64,000 nucleotides of DNA from Microcoleus sp. (GTDB lineage Bacteria; Cyanobacteriota; Cyanobacteriia; Cyanobacteriales; Microcoleaceae): contig JAYFMW010000017.1 of NCBI GenBank assembly GCA_042408215.1, positions 32,001 to 96,000 of the forward strand, written 5' to 3'. Position 1 is the stretch's first letter, and each line of letters begins with the position of its first letter. The translations under genes were made by a program, and so were the position numbers. Positions 41,487-52,561 of the stretch are shown here, piece by piece. The notes below the pieces were generated by a model, which saw nothing but the letters and a program-made list of their open reading frames with translations, was not told where the DNA came from and searched no databases.

Positions 41487-44400
41487 TTCCAAATGGGAAA
41501 TCGGCAACTCGATCGCAAACTTAGTCCCCTCACCAGGGGTAGAAAAACACCGCAAATTACCCCGATGATTTTCCGTCACAATTTGATAGCTAGTTGCTAA
41601 CCCCATACCCGTACCTTTCCCCACTGGTTTAGTAGTAAAAAATGGATTAAATATTTGTTCTTGCACCTCTGAATTCATCCCACAACCATTATCCTGAATC
41701 GAGACGATCACCTGATTTTCAGAAGTAATAGAAGTCGTAATCGTAATCCCACCAATATAATCTAATTCTTCGGTAGGGACACGGCATTGCCGTGTCCCTA
41801 GGCTTAATCGCCGTTGTTCGATCGCATCAATAGCATTGATTAACAAATTCAGAAACACCTGATTTAATAAACCACAATAACACTCAACCAGGGGTAATTT
41901 TCCATAATTTTTGGTGAGATGAATCTCTGGTTCTCCCGCCCGACCATGCAAGCGATTTTGTAAAATAACTAAGGTACTATCGATATTTTCGTGAAGATCT
42001 ATTTCTTTTAATCCCGCTTCATCTAGGCGCGAAAATGTCCGCAGAGACTTAACAATATCTCTGATGCGTGTGGCTCCAGTTTTCATGGATTTTAGCAACT
42101 TAGAAAAATCACTTACTAGATACTCAAAGTCAATATCTTCTGTAAAATCAGAAATCGCCTGCGGTGGACTCGGAGCGTGCTTTTGGTAGAGTCGAATTAA
42201 CTCAATTAAATCATTAACATAATTGGTGGCGGGTTGAATATTGCCATAAATGAAACTTATGGGGTTATTAATTTCATGGGCAATACCGGCCACTAATTGC
42301 CCCAAACTTGACATTTTTTCGGCTTGAATTAACTGAGTTTGGGTATTTTGCAACTTTTTGAGGGTTGCTTCTAATTTTTCAGATTGCAGCCGCAGTTGAA
42401 TTTCAGATTGACGGACTGTTTCCGCCTGTATCCTATCCATTTCAGCACCAGCACGAGTGGCAAAGATTTTCAAGATAGCTGACTGCATTTCTAGATTTTT
42501 TTCCATCGGCTTAGTGTCTAAAACTGCCAGCAATCCCAAATGATTACCAGCAGCATCTATAATCGGCAAACCAGCATAACTTTCGGCTTGGAGGGCGACT
42601 AAATCATCATCTTCAGGAAAAAGAGACTGAACCGAATTTGGGTATAGGCAGAACTCTGTTTGACTATTCTCACAGGGTGCACCTATTAAGTTATAGGTAA
42701 AGTTATCGCCAAAGTCGTCTCCTGCCCAAAATGCTAGGGTGGTCGCAATCGATTTTTCTGGGTTCACAAATTCAGCGATTAAAGCATAACGAACTCCTAA
42801 GACTTGGGCGAGATATTGGACGCAACTTTTGAAGAAGTCTGCACCAGTTTTAGCCGCCGTACCTTCGACTATTAAACGGAGAGCTTGTTCTTGACGTTTG
42901 CGATCGCTGATATCAGTTATAGTGCCAACATATCCTTCTATTTCGCCTTCGCTGTCAATCAGAGGTAAGGCTTGACCAATCACCCAAGCGACACTGCTAT
43001 CGGGACGCAGGAAGCGATACTCAGATTGAAATTGTTGTTTGATTAAGGCGCTTTCATACCATTCTTGAAAAACCCGCTCTCGGTCTTCAGGATGGAGCGT
43101 TTGCGCCCAATCTGGCCCCAGAGCTTCTTCTCTAGTTAAGCCTGTAGTTTGCAACCAAGTTTGATTGACATAGAGGCAGTCACCCTTGGCATCAGTTAAA
43201 AACACGCCAATCGGTGATGCTTCTGCTAGGGTTTGATAGCGTTTTTGGCTTTGTTGGAGTAGGATTTCGGCTTGTTTGCGATCGCTAATATCAAAGTTAA
43301 CCCCAATCATCTTTTGCGGATTGCCCTCTGCGTCGCGCCGAACTATACCGAATGCTTTAATGAAATGGATACTGCCATCAGGATGAACAACACGAAATTC
43401 TGGATTGAATTCTGTTTCTCCCAAAACAGTTTGGCGGATTAATGTTTCGGAGGCATTTCGATCATCAGGATGTAGCCCCTGGCTCCAAATTTCGTAAGCT
43501 AATCTGGAATCGGAGTTTTTGGTGATGCCATATAGCTCGTACATCCGATCGTCCCAAACAAGGGTGTTATCTACGATGTCCCATTCCCAACAGCCCATTG
43601 CCCCAGATTTGAGTGACAGTGACAAACGTTCAGATATTTCGTTCAGTTGGGTTTCGGCTTGTTTGCGATCGGTAATATCCATCGCCGTGCCAAACAAACG
43701 GAAGTTTTTTCCATTTTGCTGTTCGATTTCGATGCGACTATTGATATAGTGGATAGCACCATCCGAGCGCAAGATCCGCAGGTCAAAGTTTTGGGGAATT
43801 CCCTGCTCGCTTGCTGCTTTAACACAACTTACAAATAATTCCCGATCGTCTGGATGATATTGTTTTATATGGTCGTCAAACTCTGGTTCTCCCTGTGAGG
43901 GATGCATACCAAAAATCCGAAATAACTCGGCAGACCAGGTAATTTTTTGCGTGGCTAGGTCAAAAGACCAATTGCCAATGCGGGCAACTCGTTGTGCTTC
44001 TTCCAGTTGTCGAGTAAGTTCCTGTTGGGCGATGTCGGCTGCTTTGCGATCGCTAATATCGCTATGGGTGCCAATCAACCGCAAAGGTTGACCTTCTTTG
44101 TCCCTTTCAGTCACCTGAGCGCGAGCTAAAATCCACTTGTAAGAACCATCTTTACAACGCAGGCGATGTTCGTTGTCATAAGTAGATGTTTCGCCCTTTA
44201 GGTGTTTGCTAACAAGTTCATAGCATCGAGCTTTATCCTCTGGATGTACCAGACTATCCCACCCTTCTAAAGCATTGGCAATTTCATGCTCTGCGTAGCC
44301 CAGCATCGCTTTCCACTGCCGAGAAAAGATCGCTTCATTAGTTTTGAGGTTCCAATCCCAAGTGCCATCTCCGGCACTTTCTATGGCCAACTGCCAGCGG

Positions 44401-45809
44401 CTATTACTTTCCTGCAAAGCGATTTCTATGGCTTTACTTTCTGTGATATCCCGAATGATTGTAGAAAAGTATTCCACTTTTCCATCTGTTGATTTGTGAG
44501 CTAAGATTACCTGAGAAACAGGCATTTCACGTCCTGTCTGAGGATCTAGTATTGCCGTCTCGCCCTGCCAACTGCCAGAACGTGCCGCTTCCGGCAAACC
44601 CTGATTTAATAAAATATCTAAAGCCCACTCTGGATGAGCTTTAGAGATTTCCATATCTGCGATCGCTGCTTCATTATTATCGAGCAAATTTCGCCAAGCT
44701 TGATTGAGGTAAAAAGTTTTACCCGTCAAATCAGCCGTTGCGATCAAATCTGACGTGGTTTCCAGAATGGCAAGCAGACGTTGATTGTCAGCTTCAGCAC
44801 GTTTGCTGTCTGTGATATCCCGAATATAGCCATGCCAAATGGTACTGCCATCGGGTTTTCGCTGAGGTGTAGAATTACCTAACAACCAAAGCAATCGCCC
44901 ATCGGGTAAACAAACTTGATATTCGCAATACCAAGGGGTAAGATGTTCGGCGGAATCGAGAATGGATTGACAGACGCGATCGAGATCATCCGGGTGAATA
45001 ACACTAAAAATCTTAGCAGCATCCTCCCGCACTTCTTCTGGGGAAACGCCAGAAATCTCTCGCAACCTTTCGCTGGAGTATGGAAAATGAGAAGTACCAT
45101 CAGGACGCATCCGAAACTGATAAATAATGCCGGGGATGTGGCTGGCAATTTGCTTTAGGCGATGATCCTCTGTGGGGGTAGCTGGGCTCACAGGTTCAAT
45201 GCCAGCCTCCCGTAATTGAGCTTGGGTTTGTTCGAGTTGGCGGGTAAGTTCTTGGACTTTTACCTCTGCTCGTTTGCGCTCTGTAATATCTCGCATTATT
45301 GATAGATGGCGGTGAGGCAGAAAGTTTGCCGTCGCTGCATATTCCACTACGCGAATCTCCCCATCGGGCCGCACTAACTGGAACTCACCCCGCAGTTTTT
45401 CTGTAGCACTTACGCATGGGGCCCCAGAAACCGGGTTTTTTACTGAATCTGCGGGCTGCAATGCGTCTTTTCGTAAAAAAAACCCGGTTTCTTTGGTCAG
45501 ACTGCGTAAGTCCTGTTCTGGTTGTTGAAATTCTTGCCACACCTGTTGAAAATTAAATCCAGGCTCAGTAAAATCACTAATGCAGCATCCGAGGAGTTCA
45601 TCTTTCTCTAGTCCAAATAATTCACAGGCGGCGGGGTTGACGTCGAGATATCGCCCTTCGTCATCGGCGATCGCGATCGCATCTAGGGCCATTTCAAAAA
45701 CAGTCCGTAATTGTCTGTCTCTCAGGGATAGCAAAGTGCGATCGTCTTCAGATCTATCATCGTCTAAGGATGGGCACATAAATTGTAACGTGGGAAGTAA
45801 AAAATTCAA
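41478..45809 (-). CDS. Multi-PAS/PAC + GAF sensor histidine kinase
   Basis: Several PAS/PAC repeats, GIAHEINNP, NQVFLNLLINAIDA, DNG.G, GKGTGMGL. Confidence 0.95.
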   Translation of the reverse strand: MNFLLPTLQFMCPSLDDDRSEDDRTLLSLRDRQLRTVFEMALDAIAIADDEGRYLDVNPAACELFGLEKDELLGCCISDFTEPGFNFQQVWQEFQQPEQDLRSLTKETGFFLRKDALQPADSVKNPVSGAPCVSATEKLRGEFQLVRPDGEIRVVEYAATANFLPHRHLSIMRDITERKRAEVKVQELTRQLEQTQAQLREAGIEPVSPATPTEDHRLKQIASHIPGIIYQFRMRPDGTSHFPYSSERLREISGVSPEEVREDAAKIFSVIHPDDLDRVCQSILDSAEHLTPWYCEYQVCLPDGRLLWLLGNSTPQRKPDGSTIWHGYIRDITDSKRAEADNQRLLAILETTSDLIATADLTGKTFYLNQAWRNLLDNNEAAIADMEISKAHPEWALDILLNQGLPEAARSGSWQGETAILDPQTGREMPVSQVILAHKSTDGKVEYFSTIIRDITESKAIEIALQESNSRWQLAIESAGDGTWDWNLKTNEAIFSRQWKAMLGYAEHEIANALEGWDSLVHPEDKARCYELVSKHLKGETSTYDNEHRLRCKDGSYKWILARAQVTERDKEGQPLRLIGTHSDISDRKAADIAQQELTRQLEEAQRVARIGNWSFDLATQKITWSAELFRIFGMHPSQGEPEFDDHIKQYHPDDRELFVSCVKAASEQGIPQNFDLRILRSDGAIHYINSRIEIEQQNGKNFRLFGTAMDITDRKQAETQLNEISERLSLSLKSGAMGCWEWDIVDNTLVWDDRMYELYGITKNSDSRLAYEIWSQGLHPDDRNASETLIRQTVLGETEFNPEFRVVHPDGSIHFIKAFGIVRRDAEGNPQKMIGVNFDISDRKQAEILLQQSQKRYQTLAEASPIGVFLTDAKGDCLYVNQTWLQTTGLTREEALGPDWAQTLHPEDRERVFQEWYESALIKQQFQSEYRFLRPDSSVAWVIGQALPLIDSEGEIEGYVGTITDISDRKRQEQALRLIVEGTAAKTGADFFKSCVQYLAQVLGVRYALIAEFVNPEKSIATTLAFWAGDDFGDNFTYNLIGAPCENSQTEFCLYPNSVQSLFPEDDDLVALQAESYAGLPIIDAAGNHLGLLAVLDTKPMEKNLEMQSAILKIFATRAGAEMDRIQAETVRQSEIQLRLQSEKLEATLKKLQNTQTQLIQAEKMSSLGQLVAGIAHEINNPISFIYGNIQPATNYVNDLIELIRLYQKHAPSPPQAISDFTEDIDFEYLVSDFSKLLKSMKTGATRIRDIVKSLRTFSRLDEAGLKEIDLHENIDSTLVILQNRLHGRAGEPEIHLTKNYGKLPLVECYCGLLNQVFLNLLINAIDAIEQRRLSLGTRQCRVPTEELDYIGGITITTSITSENQVIVSIQDNGCGMNSEVQEQIFNPFFTTKPVGKGTGMGLATSYQIVTENHRGNLRCFSTPGEGTKFAIELPISHLELG

Positions 45810-45841
45810 TTTTCAAGAAACATCAAAACACTAGGTATAAA

Positions 45842-48800
45842 TTACCAAGCTAATGATCGACATGGAATTGAAATCGTAAATTCTGTACCTCGACCTAAAG
45901 TTGAGTTCACTTCTAGCATACCACAGTGTTTCTCAACTACAATCTGCCGTGCGATCGCCAATCCCAACCCCGTACCTTTACCTACACCCTTGGTAGTAAA
46001 TAATTCATCAAAAATCTGCTCCCGCACTGCCTCACTCATCCCCACACCATTGTCTTTGATCCGAATCATCGCTTGTTTTTTATCCCCATCAAATTCGGTT
46101 TTGATAGTAATTTGATTGGCGATTTGTGCATAAGATAGTCCTTGATTTGATTCATCCAAAGCATCGATCGCATTTGCCAACAGATTCATAAACACCTGAT
46201 TCAACTGTCCAGCATAGCACTCTACCTGTGGCAAATTACCGTATTCCCTAATCACTTGGATTTCTGGACGAGTTTCATTAGCCTTGAGGCGGTGCTTGAG
46301 AATCATAATGGTGCTATCGATGCCTTCGTGGATATTGCAAGCTACAGGATGGTCTGTGTCGGCACGGGAGAAGGTCCGTAGACTGGTACTGATATCCCGA
46401 ATCCGCTTCACGCCTTCCCGCATCGAACTCACTAACTTCGGTAAGTCTTCTCGAATGTAGTCAAGATCGATGTTCTCGATTTCCTCTTGAATCTCTGGAT
46501 CTGGTTGGGGATATTTTTGTTGATACAAATCGAGCAATCCAAACAAATCATTGATGTAATCTAAGGCAGGGGTAATATTACCAGTCAGAAAGCCAACAGG
46601 GTTATTAATTTCGTGAGCAACTCCAGCCACTAGATTCCCCAATGCTGACATCTTTTCACTTTGAACTATTTTGAGTTGTGCTTGTTTTAGATTGGTTAAT
46701 GATTGTTGTGCTGCTTGATAAAGACGGGCATTTTCTAAGGAAATAGCAGCTTGAGAAGCCAGCATATTTAGCACTTCAATGCGTCCGCTCGTAAACGCAC
46801 CCACTGTCAGATTATTTTCCAAGTATAAAACTCCAATCAATAATCCTTGATTCAGAATGGGACTACAAAGAACACTTATCGGCTGGTTTTTTTTGATGTA
46901 AATATCGCCGGCAAAATGGGGATCTACCCTCGCATCAACTAATACTAAAGGTTTCAAATTCCGCTTGACAGTATTCACCAAATTAATCGGCACATCCCAG
47001 CTTGATTCTAGGGGAATTGATGGTAATAGTTGCGGTAATTTTCCCTCTTCTACAAGAGCTACTACTTTTAACTCAAGATCTTGTTTGAGGAGTAAGACAC
47101 ACTTATCGGCTCCAGCATTAGCAATTACTATTTTTAGGAGAGTAGTTAGGAGTTGATCGAGTTCAATTTCCCCAGAAATCGCTTGAGAGGCTTTGAGCAA
47201 AGTTGCCAAATCTAGTGCTTCAGAGATGCTGGTAGAGGTGTGAGTAGAAGTAATCGTTCCCCGTGCGATCGTTTCCTTGAAGGAGTCAGCAGCGTGAGGT
47301 TGTTGCAGGATGGGTGCGAGGAGTTGAGGATAACATTTTTCTAAATCGTCTACTTTAGCCTTAGCTCCCCAATGAGCATAGCAGTAGTAGGCTTCTTGCA
47401 TATATCCGGCGGCAATTTTCTCTTTGCCACATTTGAGGTAGAATTTAGCTGCTAGTTCATTGGCGAGGGCTTCTTCTTGAATAAAGCTATTTTCTTTAGC
47501 TCCAGAAATGGCGCGATCGTAGAGGTCGATCGCCTCTGCTTTCTGACCTAAAATTCGCTGCATTTCAGCCCGAATCAAATCGCATTTGTGGGCAAAGTTC
47601 ATGGGTGCATGATTTGCCCAGTTAGTAAGCTGCTCAAGATCCTTAGTAACCGCTTCACTAATTGGTAAGGTGTTCGTGTTTGCGAGGAGCGTGAGTGCAT
47701 GATAGAAATAAAAGACTCCATAGAAAACAGTTCCGATAATGCCACCAATCGTTTTCTCGGCAATTTGAGCCATTTCCAGAGTTTCCTGGGGTTGCCCAAA
47801 ATGGTAAGCCAGAATCAATTTATGACTATAGAAGCTCCCGATCGAATAACTATCTCCTGCTAATTGATGCTGAGGTAATCGCGTCGTTTCATCGTAAGCT
47901 GTTCCAACGAGTTTCTGAGGATCATCTGCTTTACCCGTCCAATTTAAGACTGCCTGTTCCACAATTTGGTGAAAGTTCAGAGCTGTTGTTTGTTTGAGTT
48001 GCGCGATCGCAAGAGCATAGGTTTGCATCTCTTGCCGGAGTTGTAGAAGTTCATTTCCCGCAGCATAAGCGAGTTGACAGCGGTTATAGGCACAGTAAGC
48101 CGCGAACTCCAAATCTCCCGTTTCCAAACCCGCTTGATAGCCTTCCAGCAAAGGCATCAATACAGTGTGAATTGGCTGCTGCCAAATGCGAACAAACGGA
48201 TAAACTAAATTAAAAATTTTCGCTTTAAAACTCGATGCTTTAAATGTTTCCATCAAGGCGATCGCAATATCGGCAGCGCGATTTCCGGCGACAATTTCAC
48301 CGCCAAATGCACAAAGAATCAGTCCATAGGTTGAATAGGCATAGGGTGTTTGGATGGCATTGCCAAACTGAAGTGACAACTCAATTTGTTTCAGCACAAT
48401 TAATGGATAAAGTGCTGGCGAACCGATATAGGCTGCTGAAGCCTGGGTGCTAAGAATATTCATTGCAGCCAGCTTCTCTGGATCGCTCATTCTGGGTGAA
48501 TTTATGACATTCTCTATCGTCAGTCGATCGCCAATAGCATCGAGAGCAGGGGCTACCATGTCTTGGGTAGGATGTTCTGGTAACTCAACATCCAACTGCT
48601 TAAGGATTTCCCTCGCGACATGAATCGCCTCTGATAATTGATTACGAGCAATCAAAGATTGAATCTTTATTTCTAAGGCTTTGACTTGTTCTAGGGGGTC
48701 TGACCTATGCTGGAGAACTGCCTCGATGCAAGCATCTACCCGCTCAAATTTGCCAATCAAACAGGCTGAATTAGCCCCTTCAATGTGCAGATTTAAAGTA

Positions 48801-51323
48801 AGAATGGGCTGTCGCTTCCATTCACCAGAATTGTCAGTGGCTAAAAGTTGCAGCCCTATTTCACAGTATTGAGCTGATGCTGGGTAAGCAGCCGAAAGCC
48901 GCGCTTTACGCCCAGCTATAAGATTGAGGTTTGCTAGATAGTCTCGCTGCTTCTGTAATACAATGCGATCGATGCCCAGATTAAATTGACTGACAAGGGC
49001 AAAAATTCTCTCATCCAGTTGCTCTGGTGAAGTGCGATCGAGCAGCAATTGCCCAATGTGCAAATGGACGGCTGGCTTTTTGGTCTTCAGGAATCAGGGA
49101 ATAGGCGGCTTGCTGAACGCGATCGTGCAAAAAATTATACGTGGCATTGATAGCGGTTTGATGCGTCGATATTATGTCAGTCTGAGTAAAGAACTTATAG
49201 ATATCAGAAATAGGCAGAATAAAGCCTTCTTGCAATGCCTTCCATAGATCGCCCGCTGTTGCTTCTAGGGATTTTTCTGAAACAATCGCCAGCGTATTCA
49301 AATCAAACTGTGCCCCAATACAAGCGGCTAATTTGAGAACATCCTGAGTTTCTCTGGGCAACTTCTGCAATTGCAATGCCATGAATTTCACGACATCATC
49401 GGTGATCGCCAAAGATTTTACTTTGGCAATATCGCACTGCCACCCCCCTTGACTTCCCCCCTTACCAAGGGGGGACTGAGGGGGGTAAAAGCTAATTAGC
49501 TGATCGTCATGTAATGCCTTGAGAAACTGAGTTGCAAAGAAAGGATTTCCCTGAGTTTTTTGAGATACTAATTTTGTCAAAGGTTGTGCAAGGGATGATT
49601 CGCAATTCAGCGTATCCGCCACCAACAAATTCAGTTCTGCTTCGCTTAACGGTGACAAAGTAATTGTATTCACCGTTCCCCCAGTTTTGAGAATCTCATC
49701 CACTGTCAACATAAATGGATGTACAGGGGAGACTTCGTTATCTCGATAAGCACCTAATATCAATAAATGTCCATTATCTTGCATCAACAGTTTTAGCAAA
49801 TTCAGTGAGGCTGAATCTGACCATTGCAAGTCATCCAAAAAAATCACTAAAGGATGTTCTTTACTGGTGAAAACTTGCACAAACTTTTGAAACAACAAAT
49901 TAAAGCGATTTTGGGCGGCACTTCCTGACAATTCTGTTGCAGCAGGCTGTTTACCGATGATGTTTTCTAACTCAGGAATCACGTCAATCAAGACTTGTCC
50001 ATTGTCTCCCACTGCTGTTAAAATCTGGTGTTTCCAGGTTTGCAGTTCTGTATCCGATTCTGATAATAATTGCCCGATTAAGTCGCGGAAGGCTTGAACA
50101 AATGCCGAAAAGGGAATATTTCGCTGAAATTGGTCATATTTGCCTTTGATAAAATAACCGCGCTGACGAAGAATTGGTTTATGAACTTCATTGACCACTG
50201 CTGTTTTGCCAATGCCAGAAAAACCCGCCACTAGCATCATTTCACTACCGGACAAATGCGATACCTCCCCGCCCCCCTTAATCAGGGGGGAGTCTTCTAA
50301 AGCCCCCCTTATTAAGGGGGGTTGGGGGGATCGTCCTGATGCAACTCGTTCAAAGGCAGCTAATAGGTGAGCAACTTCTTTTTCTCTACCGTAGAGTTTT
50401 TCGGGGATGGTAAAGCGATCGCTAATATCTCGCTTTCCAAGTTCAAAAGGTTCTATTTTGCCTGTTTTTTGTAACTGTTCTAAACAAATCTCTAAATCCT
50501 GCTTCAGTCCTAATACACTCTGATAGCGATTTTCGGCATTCTTCGCCATCAGTTTAATGACAATTTGTGATAAAATTATGGGGATTTCTGGATTAATTTG
50601 AGAGAGCGGTATCGACTGTTTGGCGAGATGACAATGCACCAATTCCATTGGGTCATCTGAGACGAAGGGTAACTGTCCTGTCAACAATTCATAGAAGGTA
50701 ACACCGAGGGAATAAAAGTCACTCCGGTAGTCAATGCCGCGATTCATTCTTCCGGTTTGTTCTGGGGAGAGATAGGCTAATGTTCCTTCTAAGATATTGG
50801 GATTCTGGATTTCTTGGGTTTCTCTCGGCAGTAGTGAGGCGATACTGAAGTCTATTAATTTGACTTGTTTTGTTTCTGGATTAATTAAAATATTGGCTGG
50901 TTTGATGTCTTTATGAATGACTCGGTTTTGGTAGAGATAGTCGAGAATGTCAGCCAGTTGCAGAGCTAGGTTAAGAAATTCTTTTAAAGATAAAAAGTTA
51001 GAGGGTTGCTTTTCATTTGTTTCTGCTTTAAGATAAGTACATAGGGAGACTCCGCTAAAGTTTTCCATGACTAGGGCATAGCTATTGCCGTAGACTTCTA
51101 GACTTAGGGGTTTGATAATGCTGGGGATGTCGAGATTTTTGGCAATGGTATATTGGTTGCGGAATTGGACGAGTTCGTTGAAGTTGGGGTACTTGTTCCG
51201 CAGTATTTTGATGACGACTGGGTATTGGTCACTGGTACGGATGCCTCGATAGACGAGGGTGCGTGTACCTGCGTAAAGTTGCTCTGTTATTTGATAACCG
51301 GATAAATTGGCGATCGCATCCAT
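45842..51323 (-). pseudogene. Trifunctional Ser/Thr kinase-AAA ATPase-GAF-histidine kinase, split by a single-base frameshift
   Basis: ORF 49011..51323 ([22 protein letters not shown]) and ORF 45842..49063 (GAF, AHEINNP) join by removing one base of the T-run at 49077-49081; could be a sequencing error. Confidence 0.85.
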
Positions 51324-51539
51324 AACTCGTTGCTCCTCTATTAGACAATAGTTAAATTAAAACATTCCATTTCATTCTATTGTATTTTATTGTGCTATGT
51401 ATAGTACGAACGCGTAAGTTGTGATGGTATCAGAAAACAATAATCTCTAATTTTTCACCGCAGATGCACAAAAATATACGCAGATCAGAGCTACTCTATA
51501 TCTGCGTATATTTGCGTATATCTGCGGTTTTATTCTGCT

Positions 51540-52553
51540 TTATTCCCCGTAGTGGCCCCCAGCAACTTTACCCCGAAACACAACATAATTGTAGATGTTG
51601 TAGAAAATCATAATCGGGATGAGAAAGCCAATGAACACAATCATAAATACCAGGGCGCTGGGCGAAGCTGCGGCTTGGTAAATCGTGACTTGCGAGGGAA
51701 TAATGTAGGGAAAAACAATCAATCCCAAGCCGATGAAAGTGAGCAAGAAAATCAAAATTGTCCAGACAAACGGCGTGCGTTCTTCTTTGCGATCGAGACT
51801 TCTAAGCAACAGTCCAATTAACAGCACTCCCAGCAAAGGAATCGCAGCAAAGACATAAACTAGCGGTTTCTCGAACAACCTGGATCTAGCACTTTCGTAA
51901 AAAATCGGAGTGGCGATCGTAATTAAGATTGCTCCAATTAACGTCGTCACCGCCGCAATTTTAGCCGTGCGATAGTGAGTTGTCTGTAGTTCCCCCTGAG
52001 TCTTCATAATCAGATAGGTTGAACCAATCAAAACGTAACCTTGAACTAGCGTCAAAGCCACCAATATAGATCGCCAATCCAGCCAATCCCAAGTAGTACC
52101 GACAAAGTGACCAGTTGCATCAACAGCAATACCTTCGAGTACGGCACCGAGGGCTAAACCTTGAGCTAAAGCTGCCAAGAAACTGCCGGCACCAAAGGCA
52201 TAATTCCAAAATAATTTGCGGTTGGAATGCTCGCGAAACTCAAATGCTACTGCCCGAAAAATCAAGCCAAAAAGCATCATCATAATCGGGATATACAAGG
52301 CAGTTAAAATTGTGCCATAAGCGAGGGGAAATGCGCCAAACAAAGCGCCTCCCATCAACACTAACCAAGTTTCGTTAGCATCCCAAACATTGCCCAAACT
52401 CGTCATTAAAATGCCCCTGCGTTCGTCGTCTGAGGCAGTCAGAGACAGGATTCCTACGCCTAAGTCAAAACCGTCTAGCATGACGTAGAGCAATAGAAAC
52501 AAAGCCAAAACTACAAACCAAACTTGCGGGAGAAAATGCTCCAAAGCTTGCAT
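51540..52553 (-). CDS. cydB: Cytochrome bd ubiquinol oxidase subunit II
   Basis: LDGFDLGVG, WDANETWLV, RAVAFEFR, VFRGKV. Confidence 0.96.
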   Translation of the reverse strand: MQALEHFLPQVWFVVLALFLLLYVMLDGFDLGVGILSLTASDDERRGILMTSLGNVWDANETWLVLMGGALFGAFPLAYGTILTALYIPIMMMLFGLIFRAVAFEFREHSNRKLFWNYAFGAGSFLAALAQGLALGAVLEGIAVDATGHFVGTTWDWLDWRSILVALTLVQGYVLIGSTYLIMKTQGELQTTHYRTAKIAAVTTLIGAILITIATPIFYESARSRLFEKPLVYVFAAIPLLGVLLIGLLLRSLDRKEERTPFVWTILIFLLTFIGLGLIVFPYIIPSQVTIYQAAASPSALVFMIVFIGFLIPIMIFYNIYNYVVFRGKVAGGHYGE

Positions 52554-52561
52554 AAAATCTC

